From the NCBI GenBank assembly GCA_918797485.1, contig CAKKNE010000001.1, positions 124,001 to 188,000 on the forward strand: 64,000 nucleotides of DNA. Direction: 5' to 3'. Shown piece by piece: positions 52,150 to 63,317 of the stretch. The notes under the pieces were generated by a model that saw only the letters and a list, made by a program, of their open reading frames with translations, was not told the DNA's origin and made no database searches. Every line of letters begins with the position of its first letter. The stretch's first letter is position 1. Origin of the DNA: Pelagomonas calceolata. Its lineage: Eukaryota. The position numbers and the translations under genes are program-made.

Positions 52150-54294
52150 ATGAAGGTCCGCCAGCACTCCCTCCCGGTGCTCCAAAATTTATTGAAGAGG
52201 GACCCGTCCGCCTACCGCGAAGAGTTCGAGGCCATCTGGAGGCAGTACCTCGCGGCATTGGAGGCGTTTCGATTGGGAGGCGCGTCGCAGAAGAAGACGA
52301 GAGGGGACGACGAAAGAAAATTAGGGGATCTGGCGACCTTCGTCGCCCACTGCGGCGTCCACTACAAGGAGGCGTCGAAGCGGTTCGCCACGGACCTCGT
52401 AGCACTCCTCAAGGACCGCTGCGCGACGTTACAGCCGGATTTACGATTACGTCTAGCGCAAGCTGCTGCTTTAGCTCGAAGCAAGGGTTTACTGGATCCC
52501 CTGGTCCTAGCTGATCTTTGTTTTGAATTAATAAGAAGAGTACGAGATAAAGCCTTAAGGCAGTTCCTCGCGGACCACGTGGTCCGCGACTGCAAGAAAG
52601 CTTCGAGCGGCACGTTAGGTAGGAACCTGAGACGCTGCGTCTTCAAGGCGGCCGAGGATCAGTCGGAAGCTAATTCTGCCGCATCTGCAAGAGTAGCGGT
52701 AGACGTCCTAGTAAGGTTGTACGCTTGTGGATCGTGGACCGACGCGGCCACAGTTAATTGTTTAGGAAGGTGCGCCGCGGACGAACGAGCACGAGTCGCT
52801 CTCGGGGCGGTCTACTTCTTCCTAGGTGTTGATAGAGCACCAGTGTTAGATTCCGAATCGTCTGAAAACGAGAACGAGGGCGAAAAAGGTAGAGACCTGA
52901 AAAATGCTCTCAAAGCGGTGGACGAGCACAAGCACTCGAAGAAGACGCGGGCGCGCGCGCGGCAGACGAAGCGCGCGAAGAAGGCCGCCAAAAAGAAGGC
53001 CCTCGGGAAGTCGGAACGGGCCGAACCAAAGTTTCCCGCGATGCAGCTGCTCGACGATCCCCATCGCTTGTGCGACGCGTTGTTAGCTCGTGCAAGAAGG
53101 CAAGTGGATGCTTTTGAACAGAGAGTCGCTCGGTTAGATTTATGTAGTCGCGTGGCCTGTACGCATCGCCTGCAGCTCGTGGCGTTTTATTCCTATATGA
53201 GGAGATACCTGAAGCCGTCGCAAGAGCAAGCGCCGCGACTCCTAGTTTTGTTCGCGCAAGCGTGCCACGAGCTGGTGCCGCCGGACGAGCTCGTACCCAT
53301 TATTCGACACGTCGCCGACGCGTTCGTTTCTGATCGGAACGCTTCCGAGGCCATGGCGCTGGGTATCAATGCCTTGAGGGAGGTATGTGGACGGTGCCCC
53401 GCCGTGTTGGACGAGCCGGAGATGCTTGGACTAGTTAGAGATTTAGCCGCTTACTCAAAACATAGGGACAAGTCGGTTGTGGTCGCTGCGAGGGGCTGGA
53501 TCAATATTGTAAGAGAGCACCACCCCCAGCTCCTGCAGAAGAAGGACCGCGGTAGAGATAAAGCTCGCTCGAAGGCGACACCGTTGTCGTTCGGCGCTGA
53601 CGTTGCTACGTCATCAGTGCCGGGCGAGGACCTGTTGAGGTTGTACGAGCGGGGGCAGTTGCCCGAGGAGTTCGAGGACGTCGTGGAAGCGTGCAACGAC
53701 CTGGAGGGCGGCGGCGATGGCTGGGTTGATGTGAGTGATGGGGAGGAAGACGGTGCGGCGGCGGCCGACAATGATAAAGACGGCTGGGAGGACGCCGACT
53801 CCGGCTCCGATGATGAAGAGGACGAGGACGGCTGGGTCGACGTGGACCAGGGTTCCGATAGTGACGCCGAGAGTAATGCTGGAAGCGACGACGACGGCGA
53901 CGCCGACGAGGAAGAGGAGGTAGCGCCCGCCGCGCGCGTGCTGTCGGCGGAGGACTTCGCGCGCATCAAGCTGCTCAAGGCGCGGGCCGACGAGCTCAAA
54001 GGCACGGCGACAAATCGGGGCCTGCTGTCCGGCGCCGACATCGTCCCAGAAGCCGTGAAGAGAAGGACGACCGTCGAAGAGCGGAAAGCACGCCAAGTCT
54101 TGGACCGAGAAAAGTTCCAGCTGAAGACGCACGCCGGCGGCAAGACCAATAGTGAAAAGAGACGCACGAAGAACTACTTGATGGTGCAGAAGAAGAAGTC
54201 GCGGCTGAACGGTCTGAAAAAGAGGAAGTTGGGGAGCGGCAAGGGCGGCAAGCAGCAGCTCGGGCGGGACAAGCGGAAGCGGCGGCGGCTGTAA
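52150..54294 (+). CDS. SDA1: SDA1 (SDAD1) ribosome-biogenesis protein
   Basis: LPVLQNLLKRDP.AY.EEF, F.AMQLLDDP, AQACHELVPPD, GINALREVC.RCP, VLSAEDFARIK, GKTNSEKRRTKNYLM. Confidence 0.93.
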   Translation: MKVRQHSLPVLQNLLKRDPSAYREEFEAIWRQYLAALEAFRLGGASQKKTRGDDERKLGDLATFVAHCGVHYKEASKRFATDLVALLKDRCATLQPDLRLRLAQAAALARSKGLLDPLVLADLCFELIRRVRDKALRQFLADHVVRDCKKASSGTLGRNLRRCVFKAAEDQSEANSAASARVAVDVLVRLYACGSWTDAATVNCLGRCAADERARVALGAVYFFLGVDRAPVLDSESSENENEGEKGRDLKNALKAVDEHKHSKKTRARARQTKRAKKAAKKKALGKSERAEPKFPAMQLLDDPHRLCDALLARARRQVDAFEQRVARLDLCSRVACTHRLQLVAFYSYMRRYLKPSQEQAPRLLVLFAQACHELVPPDELVPIIRHVADAFVSDRNASEAMALGINALREVCGRCPAVLDEPEMLGLVRDLAAYSKHRDKSVVVAARGWINIVREHHPQLLQKKDRGRDKARSKATPLSFGADVATSSVPGEDLLRLYERGQLPEEFEDVVEACNDLEGGGDGWVDVSDGEEDGAAAADNDKDGWEDADSGSDDEEDEDGWVDVDQGSDSDAESNAGSDDDGDADEEEEVAPAARVLSAEDFARIKLLKARADELKGTATNRGLLSGADIVPEAVKRRTTVEERKARQVLDREKFQLKTHAGGKTNSEKRRTKNYLMVQKKKSRLNGLKKRKLGSGKGGKQQLGRDKRKRRRL

Positions 54295-54372
54295 GTATCT
54301 TGTCTCATGTGCGGGCGTCGCGGCGACGGCGTGGGGGAGTTGTACGCCACCGATGCTAGAAAGTAGACTTAG

Positions 54373-55290
54373 TCACGCGTAGCCCGCTAACAATGAGGCG
54401 AAGGAGTCGGTGGCCTTGGGCTTCGGCTTGAACGTTCTACCTGTCCCGGACTCCATGCGGTGGTAGGTCCAGCAGTGGTTCTGGTCTACATGTATAAACT
54501 TGTTGAACTCCAACGCGCACTCCGTGACGGCGTTGCGCACCGACTCGTAGTGGCCGTAGTCGTCTCCTACTAATATGGCGTCAGGGAATGCTCGTAGGCA
54601 CGCCTGGATGTCCGCCTTGCACGGCGCGTAGTGGTGGTCCGCGTCGATGTAGATGATTTGGGGTTTGATGCCCTTGTCCTTTAGTACTTTGACGCCCGCC
54701 GTCGTCTCCATCTTTAGAGGTACCACTTGATCGCGAAACGACCACAGATTCGCCAAAAATGTATCCCATAGAGGATGGTTATTCAACAGATTCTCGAGCT
54801 TCCGGTCGCCCATCGTGCTGTAGTGGTCCCGTTGCTTGTCTAGGATGAAAGAATCGTCCCATAGATCGACCGCGTACACCGCGGCGTCCGGACACCTTTC
54901 ACAGAGCCACTCCGTGGAGCTACCGTACCAGCTCCCCAGTTCCAGTATTACTTTCACTTCACCGACATCTGCCAGTACCCTTTCGAAAACTCTTTCATGG
55001 GTGGGTAGGAACCAGCCGTGCCGGTATCGCGGCTCCCGCGGTCGGCCGCTCGGCCAGCCGATCCCATTATCGAGATCCCGCTCCAGCTCGATCTTGACCC
55101 GCTTCTTCTTCTTCCGTCTTGAATCGTCTTCTTCGCGTTCGCGTTTCTTTTTTGGGTCTATTATATTTTCAGTGGGCGGTGGCCCGGGCGGCATTGGTGG
55201 CAGCACATTCTCGGGGGGCGGCGGGCCCGGTGGTGGCGCTGGCATCTTTGCGGGCGACCCCGGTTTCGTGGGCGAGGTCGGTGTCGACAT
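54373..55290 (-). CDS. Class I SAM-dependent methyltransferase (Methyltransf_24-like)
   Basis: ILELGSWYGSST, YAVDLW, IYIDADHHY, LVGDDY. Confidence 0.82.
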   Translation of the reverse strand: MSTPTSPTKPGSPAKMPAPPPGPPPPENVLPPMPPGPPPTENIIDPKKKREREEDDSRRKKKKRVKIELERDLDNGIGWPSGRPREPRYRHGWFLPTHERVFERVLADVGEVKVILELGSWYGSSTEWLCERCPDAAVYAVDLWDDSFILDKQRDHYSTMGDRKLENLLNNHPLWDTFLANLWSFRDQVVPLKMETTAGVKVLKDKGIKPQIIYIDADHHYAPCKADIQACLRAFPDAILVGDDYGHYESVRNAVTECALEFNKFIHVDQNHCWTYHRMESGTGRTFKPKPKATDSFASLLAGYA

Positions 55291-55465
55291 CGCTGCGATG
55301 GCGTGCGGCTGCGGCGTCACAGTGCAATCGATTTGTGAGAGCTCACACGTCGCCTAGCGAGCGAAGCTGGTTGAACCAATGATGCCGTGCGTAGAGGTAC
55401 TTTCGGCGACGCGCAGCGAGCTGTAGACCAGCGCTTGCGGCTCGACTGTCGGCAAGAGCAAGCGA

Positions 55466-55490
55466 GCTAGCGGCCTGTAAAGACACTAGC
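55466..55490. promoter_or_regulatory. CTAG-dyad intergenic motif
   Basis: GCTAGCGGCCTGTAAAGACACTAGC upstream of 55290. Confidence 0.65.
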
Positions 55491-55613
55491 AAGCTCTCCT
55501 ATTCCCGCGGGTCGAGACTAACTAATTTACCGCATACGATTCCAATTCACAGAATCGCAAGTTTATTTGGGGCATCTAAGGAGGGTGTCCTGGGGCCGGC
55601 GGCGCCGCGCGCC

Positions 55614-57161
55614 TCAAGGCGGGCCCGGCGAGCCGCACTCGGTGCAGCCCAGGGTCTCGTCCGGGAGGCACTCGACCGGCTCGCCCTCGGCGCGGAACGA
55701 GTAGACGTAGATCGCCTTCCCTTCGAAGACGGGGATGAATATCTCGGTCACGCCGTCGGCGCCCGTGCGGTCGTAGCGCGTCTCGACGGCGCCGAGCGTC
55801 GAGATCGTCACGCCGGGCCGCACGTCCGTCTGCGTCTTGCACGTGTCTCCGAACTTGACGTTTATGTCGAAGATGACGTGGTCCTCGTACTCCAGGTCGC
55901 CGGTCACCGGACCCTCGACCGGTGTGAGGATCCAGACCTTCCGGCTTCGTCGCCGCCGACGACGATGCAGGGGCGCGTGGAGGGGTCCGCCTCCTGCGCG
56001 CGGCTCGGGTAGAACGCCTTCGCCTTGCCGGGCGCGAGGCGGCTCGAGCGCCGCCTGCCACGACGGCTGCGGAAAGATCCCGTCGAAGAGAATCGTCGTC
56101 GTCAGGCGTCCGCGAACAGGTCGCCGGCCGGCTGCGCGATCGCGTAGACCGCGCCCGCGATGGATTCGGGGAAGGCTGGGCAGTTGTCTTGCTGGTGATT
56201 GGTCGCCAGCCAGCACATCTAACTTCCCGTCGAGGTCCAGGTCGACGATCTCGATGCCGAAAGGCCTCCCTCGACCGTCCGAGATCGTGGCGCTCCGGAT
56301 GTTGTGGGCGTCCGTCGCGGCCCAGCCGCCGCCGGCGGCGCCGTAGAGCGTGATCTCGCTGCCGAAGAAGACGCGTCGCCACGATCTCCTCGGTGCCGTC
56401 GCCATTTAAGTCCGCCGCCTGCAGGAAGATGTCGGGGGCGGCGGGCCAGGGGCCAATCGCAGGGGCCGAGACGAGCACGGTCTCTTCCCAGGGGAACGCA
56501 TCCGTGCCCGGGTTCCGGAACCAGACGAGCTCGCCCCGGGTGTTCGCGTCCGGCGGCCCGGCGGGCCAATTCGACCGCACCGTCACGACGTCGTCGTCGC
56601 CGTCGCCGTCCATGTCCAAATACACGACGCGGTGGTAGAACCAGTCGCCGCCGCCGGAGATGTTCTGCTCCTCATGCGTGGCCATGTTGATGACGCTGAT
56701 GCGGCCGGGCCGCGCGCCCGGGTTCAGGAAGCCCTGGCAGACGACGAGCGCCTCGAAGGGGAAGACTCCGGCCGGCGCCAGCTCGGCCTCGTTGGGCCAC
56801 TTGGGCACCGTCGGTCCGGTCGGCTCGGTGAGCACCTCGACGGGCACGGGATCAACAGTATATGGGAACGACGCGTCGGCGTCGAGCATCGCACGCGCCA
56901 CGAGGTCCGGGCTGAAGAAGTCGAACGTCGGCGGCGGCGGCGGAACGGCGGCGGCGGTGTGAACACGACTTCCTGCAGATTGAAGAACGACGTGATCGTG
57001 AGCGCCTGGCCGTCCGCGTACTCGTCGACGTGCAGGAACGCCGGATTAAACTCGAGCTCGAGCACGCCGCGCGAGTAGAGCTCCGGACAGCCCTCCTTCC
57101 GCTCGTAGGAGCTGAAGCCGCTGGTGAGTCCTAGCGCTAAGGCCGTGAGAATGAGACGCAT
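55614..57161 (-). CDS. Secreted FG-GAP/VCBS-repeat beta-propeller protein, several frameshifts
   Basis: Signal peptide MRLILTALALG; DMDGDGDDDVV, DLNGDGTEEIV, DLDLDGKLDVL. Confidence 0.72.
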
Positions 57162-57455
57162 CTTTTCCTTCCGCAAGATTGCTCAACGCAAGGCGGATGC
57201 CGCGATCTTTCAGCTTACTTTGTTGGGTTTTCGACACGAATCCCGTCGTATTGAACGCTCGTCGGTATCAAGCGCACTGCGAGATACTAATTCTGGACGT
57301 TTGGGACCCTCGCGTCGCTGGCACACTGCAAAAGGACGCAGCAATCTTGCAAAGGTGTCCCGAAACCCGTCAGTTAATGTTAGCGGCGGACTAATACCAA
57401 GCACGCACGCCAGCGTAAAAAACGATTACGATACAACCAACAAAGGATTACAACA

Positions 57456-59180
57456 CTAACGCACCACCAACAAGACGCGCCGCGCCGCCGCCGCGAAACC
57501 CCGGCGCGACTGAAGCCACGCCGGCCGCCGCGCCGCGAAGCGCCCGGAAATAGCCGAGGCGACGCAACGAGACATAGAAGCCAGCCGCGGCCGGCGGCCG
57601 ACCAGACCGGGCGCGTAGTGCGCGTACTTCGCGGAGTCCGTCAGCGCCAACTTTCCGGAAGAAGGCGGCACGACGGGTTCGGTGAGCATGCACCAGCACG
57701 TGTCCTCGACGAGCTCGACGCCGAACGCGTCGAGGGCTTTCAACGCGTCGCTCGAAGCTTTTCGTCGCGTGGCGCCGCCGAGCGTCGCGACGACTCGCAC
57801 GGCGTCGTGCTTCTTCTCGCCTGCGACATATGACGCCAAGGCCTCCAACTCATCCAATGATAAATGAGGGCTCCCGAGCGCTATCAAATCGACGTCGCCT
57901 TCGCCTTTACATAAATCGGCCCAGGCCGTCGCGAGGTCGCCTTCGCTCAATGTCATGGACGGCCGGGGCCGCTCGATCAAACCGATACGAGGCGTCCACG
58001 GCGCGTGGAAGAGCGGCGCTCCACTGGTCGTGCCGAAGGCCGCGGCAAACGCCTTGAGGTCGTCTCGGGAGGGCGACGCCTCCAACCTTACATAAGGAAT
58101 TTTGGAACCGGCCTGCAGGCCCACCACATAACCCAGGAGCGGCCAGAAGTCGTTCTCGCCCGCACTCAGGTCACACACAATATCTACCGATGCGTCCCGC
58201 TCGATGTGAGCTCCCGCTAGCGGCGCCCTTCCGGTAAGAGCGCGACACGCGTCCAAATAATCGGCGTATTTTTGTGTTTTCGCACCAAGCACGGAGTTGG
58301 CGTAGACGACGGCGTTGCTCTCGCCCCACGCTACATGTGTGGACTGGGAGGGCGCCGACTCTAGCAAGTAGGGCGCGCACGTGAAGCTGTCAGTGCAGCC
58401 CAAGGCGACATACGCGTCGGCGACGCGCGACGCGGGCTCTCCCAGTTCCTCAGAAACGCCCAGGCGGCGCCAGTTGCGGCGGTCCACCGAACAACTGTTG
58501 GTGGTCGTCGGCACTTTGACACTACCACCGAGCTCGACGAGCTTCTCGGCGAAGGCGAGGCCGCCCGGCCCGACGTAGGTACAAGCGTCGATGTGCGCCG
58601 CGGCGACGTCGACCAGTGATGCCGCCCCTTGGATCCTCGCCGTTTCGACGACGATCCTCATGGCCCGCTGCACCGCGGGGCCATTTGCACCGTCCAAAGC
58701 GGCTTGGTCCGCTTCTGTTAATTGAGGGAGTGGTAGTGCTGCTGTGTCTGCCGTCACTGAAACGAATTCGCCGTCCAAGCTTTCCAACGCGTCGAAATCC
58801 GTACACGCCAAGATGAGTGGCGGGATCGCACCGAAGAACTCGCGCGCCACCAGGGCGCCGACGGCCACGACGGCGTCGCGGTCTCTCAACACGATCGCCC
58901 TCGGGGCCGTGTTGTTCAGGACGAGCTCGAGCACGATCTGCGACGCCGTGCAGCTCCCTCTTCCGGAAGGAATGGCCAGGATGCTATCGGTGATTCGTCT
59001 CCCGCACAACGGGTGCCTCTCGTCGATAACTTTGCCACTGACGGGATCGACGCCGCCCCAGAAGCTCAGGCCCGTGCCGCTGAACGCGAGGCGGCCGGTG
59101 AGTTGTCGTGTGGCGCCGGCGACGAGGGCGGTGCCTTCTACGATGGCGGTGCTTTTGCTTGCCAGTGTTTGGGCTGCCAT
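57456..59180 (-). CDS. Aconitase X (fused swivel DUF126 + catalytic DUF521), cis-3-hydroxy-L-proline dehydratase-like
   Basis: LSFWGGVDP.SG.VID.RHPL, GRGSCTAS, AHIDAC.Y, FTCAPY, WGESNAVVYANSVLGA, LGSPHLS, DTCWCM, TDSAKYAHY. Confidence 0.9.
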   Translation of the reverse strand: MAAQTLASKSTAIVEGTALVAGATRQLTGRLAFSGTGLSFWGGVDPVSGKVIDERHPLCGRRITDSILAIPSGRGSCTASQIVLELVLNNTAPRAIVLRDRDAVVAVGALVAREFFGAIPPLILACTDFDALESLDGEFVSVTADTAALPLPQLTEADQAALDGANGPAVQRAMRIVVETARIQGAASLVDVAAAHIDACTYVGPGGLAFAEKLVELGGSVKVPTTTNSCSVDRRNWRRLGVSEELGEPASRVADAYVALGCTDSFTCAPYLLESAPSQSTHVAWGESNAVVYANSVLGAKTQKYADYLDACRALTGRAPLAGAHIERDASVDIVCDLSAGENDFWPLLGYVVGLQAGSKIPYVRLEASPSRDDLKAFAAAFGTTSGAPLFHAPWTPRIGLIERPRPSMTLSEGDLATAWADLCKGEGDVDLIALGSPHLSLDELEALASYVAGEKKHDAVRVVATLGGATRRKASSDALKALDAFGVELVEDTCWCMLTEPVVPPSSGKLALTDSAKYAHYAPGLVGRRPRLASMSRCVASAISGRFAARRPAWLQSRRGFAAAARRVLLVVR

Positions 59181-59670
59181 TTGGTGCGAGCGGCAGACGT
59201 CGTCGCTTTCCAGCTCAGCGCTGCGCTGTGATCAATGGTATCCGTGCGTCCTTGTCGCAGCGTCTGGAGAGCGGTGCGGCGACTCGCGCTGAGTTAGCAC
59301 ACCATCGGCTTTTGCTCTGCCTGCACAGCAAAAGTGCTCTGGGCTGTAGGCCATCTAGCGCCTTAGACAGCAAACGAGGTTGTTGACGCACCGTTCCGTA
59401 CGTGCTCTTGTAATTGCGCAGCGCTGCGTTCGGCTCGTGCCGCAGCTGCGGAGCAAATCATCTCAGAGCACTGGCACTCTCGCTTGCAGAGCCGTGAAGC
59501 GACGCGCGTAGAGCCCCGCAAGCATACATCAAACACATCGCGTCGACTCGGCACGTCGCCACCGCACGGATGGCGCTCCGCATCCTGGTCGCGGCCCTCG
59601 CCGCGGGCGCACGCGCGTTCGTCTCGCCGCGCCGACGCTGTCGACGCCGCGACGCCCGCCGCCGCGACCA

Positions 59671-60330
59671 ATGACCACGACGATGGCCGCGCGCATCCCG
59701 TGGCGCACGGTCTTCGTCTGCGAGTACACGGCGCCTCTCATAGTATTTCCCGTCGTGGCACGAAGCGGGCCCTTCTCGACATTAGCGTCGACGCTCTGGA
59801 CCGTGCACTTCGCGAAGCGGCTCCTGGAAACGTTATTCGTGCACAAATTCAGCAAGGGCACGATGCCTCTCACGAATTTATTTAAAAATTGCGGGTACTA
59901 TGGAGGCGCGGCGGCGTTGGTCGGATGGGACGTGAGCCGGCGCGGCCCCTACAGCGCGCAGCTCGCGAAACTCTTCGCGCAGCTTTCAACAGAGACGAAA
60001 ATATTTGTCGGCGCGTGGGCCCTCTGCGAGGTGCTGAACCTATATACGCACCTCCACCTGGCTTCTCTCAGAAGCGATGGGTCAAGAGAAGCAAAAATCC
60101 CTACCGCGTGGCCCTTCCGGCGCCTCTGCTCGCCGAACTACTCGTTCGAGATCGGGTCGTGGATTTGTTATTCCCTGGCGACACAGTCTCTGGGAGCTTG
60201 GGCGTTCACGGCTCTGGGCGCGTTGCAGATGGGGATCTGGTCAAAACAAAAACTGAAGCGGTACAAGCGCAAGTTCAAGGACGAGGAGGCGTTCACGGCG
60301 ACGCACGCGCTCGTGCCGGGGGTGTTTTGA
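59671..60330 (+). CDS. Steroid 5-alpha-reductase family, very-long-chain enoyl-CoA reductase (TECR/Tsc13-like)
   Basis: WRTVFVCEY..PL, HFAKRLLETLFVHKFS..TMP..NLFKNC.YY, CSPNYSFE, QMGIW. Confidence 0.85.
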   Translation: MTTTMAARIPWRTVFVCEYTAPLIVFPVVARSGPFSTLASTLWTVHFAKRLLETLFVHKFSKGTMPLTNLFKNCGYYGGAAALVGWDVSRRGPYSAQLAKLFAQLSTETKIFVGAWALCEVLNLYTHLHLASLRSDGSREAKIPTAWPFRRLCSPNYSFEIGSWICYSLATQSLGAWAFTALGALQMGIWSKQKLKRYKRKFKDEEAFTATHALVPGVF

Positions 60331-60860
60331 TGGCGGCGGGCGTTGGGTAATTGTAGATCTAGTTCTTGGGAGGCGCTATGCGTTGATTCTATGCTTGCCA
60401 CGCAGACCTGGCTCCGCGTAAAGCTGCGCAGACAACAAGTCCGAGCTCTCCTCCTGTGCGGCCTGGGCGTCCTCATCGATCGTCAAAACACTCAAACGTC
60501 TCGCCAAAGTCAAGACGACACGCGAGAGACCGTTGGCCGGCGCGATCAAGCCCCCCGTGCGCTCAAAAGCAAAATCCCTGTTCCTAGCTCTGTTCCTAAC
60601 TGGTCGCCGCGGAGCGGGTCGGCACGCCTCAAAACCACCGCCGCGGGACCGCCGAGGAGTGCCCTGCGCCGCGCCGCGCGCCGCTGGCCGCCCGGACGCG
60701 CGAGGGAAAACAGGCGGCGGCCGCGGCCGGTCGACGTCGGATCGAGTGACTCACCCACCCACACCGCCGACGCGCGCGAGAGCCACTCCCGCGAACCGGT
60801 CGGACTGACCCCCCGCGCGCGCAGGTTCCAACAACTCAAGAGAAAAGCACAAAAAAAACC

Positions 60861-61625
60861 ATGGCGAACCTCATCGAGACCGCGATGCACGTCCTGAGCT
60901 ACTTCTGCGCGCCGGCGGCGTCCGCGGTCGACGGCGCGCGCTCACGCGGGCCCGCGCAGGCATCTTCGTCATCTACGGGTTGTATGTAATGCAGGACCGC
61001 CTGCGGCCGGGCCAGAACCCGAACAAGAACGGCAACAACGTGGGCTTCGGCATGCCGGGCTCGATCGTGGACATCATCACGATCTCGCTCGTCGTGGGCT
61101 TCTTCAACGGCCTGTCCAACTTCGTCGTGTTTATTGGAGGCGGCGAGGAGGCCCTGACGGGCAAGACGAAGCTCCAGGCGGCGATCCTTTCCGCCACGCT
61201 CAGTGAGGAAATCAACAAGTGCGTCAGGCCGGCCTGGATGTATTATTTACTATTCTGGCCGTCTCGACGCAGCGCGAGAGTGCTTGGCGTCCTCACACGA
61301 GGCGTCTTAGGCTTACTCACCCGAACGTTTGATTTCCACACAGGCCACGCTCTTCTTCTTCTCCACGGTCTACGCCTTCAACGCGATCCGCGCGCAGAAC
61401 CGCTTCGGCTCGGAGTACAAGGCGACGAAGAAGCACTGGAAGGACTCGAACCCGCGCGCGAACACGGTCGCCGCCTTCTTGCTCATTGAGTTGGTGATCA
61501 CGACGATCTTGGCGGTGCTCGCGGCCGGCGTCCACGTGCCCATCGTCGGCTCGTCGGACTCGGCGGCCAAGAAGGAGGACCGCAAGGAGGACGGCGCGCC
61601 GCCGGTCGCCGAGGAGCAGGCCTAG
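60861..61625 (+). CDS. Small multi-TM membrane protein; introns 60907-60959 (GC-AG) and ~61223-61343 (GT-AG)
   Basis: Splicing gives a continuous frame MANLIETAMHVLSYFC|IFVIYG...EEINKC|ATLFFF...; the second donor position is uncertain. Confidence 0.62.
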
Positions 61626-61847
61626 AGCCGCGCTCTTTCGCGGGGCCTCGCCGTCGGCTCCGGCCTCGTCCTGAACCCATCCACCACTCCCATCCCCCGG
61701 CCCGTGGCGGCCCTCGTGTTAGGCGCCGTCGCCGTTACGCGCGTTGCTCGCCATCAGTTCAGGCATGGCTTGGGGCGACGGCGTGCTGGTCGACGACGAC
61801 GCCATCGCCGCGACTCGTGTGCACAGTTGATTTCCCACAAACTTACG

Positions 61848-63019
61848 TCACGATAGCCCCGGATCGAGGGACGCCGCCGGCCGCGGCTCGGGCGGCGGCG
61901 CGGGCGGCGTCAGTAAGGCAGCGAGGCCTTTTGGCGCCGGCTTCGCAGAGGCCGCGGCCATCTCTATCCTAGCTTCTGCCCTTGCCGCTTTGCGCTCCAG
62001 ACGCGCAGGCAGGCGCGCGACCGCCGGTAGAAACGACCGCGCCGCGGTGTACATCCCAGAATTCCGATCGGCCACGTCCGCCACGATCGTCTCGGACAGC
62101 GCCAAGGCAAGGCGGTCGCGGTCACGCCGACGAGCACGGCGCCGCCGGCTGCTCCTCTATCTAGAGCACAAACGACCGCAACAGTTGCCGCACAGAACGC
62201 TCCCAGAGTCCGCAGCACGACCCAGTGGCCCGAGGGGAAGCGCGGCCCCGCGCCCGCCGCCCGTCGTTGCGCTCGGTATTCATGCAGTCTTTCCAAGTCC
62301 GCGCGAGCGCCCAGAGGCGTCGGCGGACACCGAGCGTCAGCCAGAGCCGCGGCGCAGTCCGCCAGCGGGTCGACGAAGCGCTGCTTCTCATTTGACTTCG
62401 GACGACGCCCGCGCCGCTGCGTGTCGTCTATGGACGCCTCTAGTCGTCGACAGTGCGCGGCCGCCGCCGCCAATGCTCTTTGAAAGTAGACTTCCGTCTC
62501 CGGCGCATCTAAATCGTTGAGGCCGCCTTCCAATAGTTCGGCGGCGGCGAGTTCCGCCCCGACCGCATGTAATTGGGTTTCTTGCCGCGTCATCGCGGCT
62601 CCTAAAGTCGACCCCAGTAGAACGGAGTATAAAACACCCAACACAGCCAAGGCGGCCTGCAGCGGCTCGGAACTTACATTTAGTTCCTCCGTGAGCTTGT
62701 GGGCGTACTTCGAGATGGCGTCGGCCGTGACTAGGTATAGAGAGCCGCAAACAACGCCCAAAATGACGCACCACGCTAAAACGTTCACGACCGCACCGGC
62801 CGCCGGTTGACCGCCATCTAACTCCTCCAATTCGTTTTCAGTGCGTAATAAGGCTTCGCTCCGATCGAAAAAGTCTCCATGTCGCGCGCTGTCGCTGTTC
62901 GACGCTCCGCCGAGCTTCCGTATGACGTTCGAGGCGCCGCGCATGGCCGTCACGCCGCCTCTTGGTAAGTCCAGGGCTGCTGCGACGCCCATCATCCAGA
63001 GGTACATGCTGCGTCGCAT
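61848..63019 (-). CDS. Membrane protein, DUF4239/bestrophin-like; frameshift near 62105
   Basis: LGVLYSVLLG...RQ....AVGAEL, R..RR, P..HW..L pattern and 4 TM segments. Confidence 0.55.
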
Positions 63020-63317
63020 CGTCGACGACGACTGCGCGCGATGATGATGATGCAGGCCTGTGTGCTTGCTTTGCACAGCACACGTCGGCTGGCGTTTTGT
63101 ACACTTTCCGCCCCGTTCAAGCACGGTCCTCAGATGCCTTTCGACTGATTAATCGTTCGAATATCTATGGTTACGTCCACTGGAGGCAGCTTTGCATGAC
63201 CATGTGCATCACACAACCTCCACCACTCGTGCGCCCGGCGTGCCGCTCAGCTCTCTTCTTGCGAGACGGATACTTGCATCCGCAGCAAGAATCTCACGCC
63301 CGTGCAAGGCCTCGCTT

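Noticed and set aside
531..63019. Frequent single-base frameshifts (DDX55, large scaffold, TLDc, ankyrin paralog 2, repeat genes, LRR genes, DUF268, FG-GAP, DUF4239-like) as programmed frameshifting or mass pseudogenisation
   Set aside because: They hit essential genes such as DDX55, often sit in or near homopolymers or GC runs (e.g. GAAAAAG at ~49760), lack a common slippery motif, and are not accompanied by nonsense decay. Long-read consensus errors are the simplest explanation; short-read polishing would decide.
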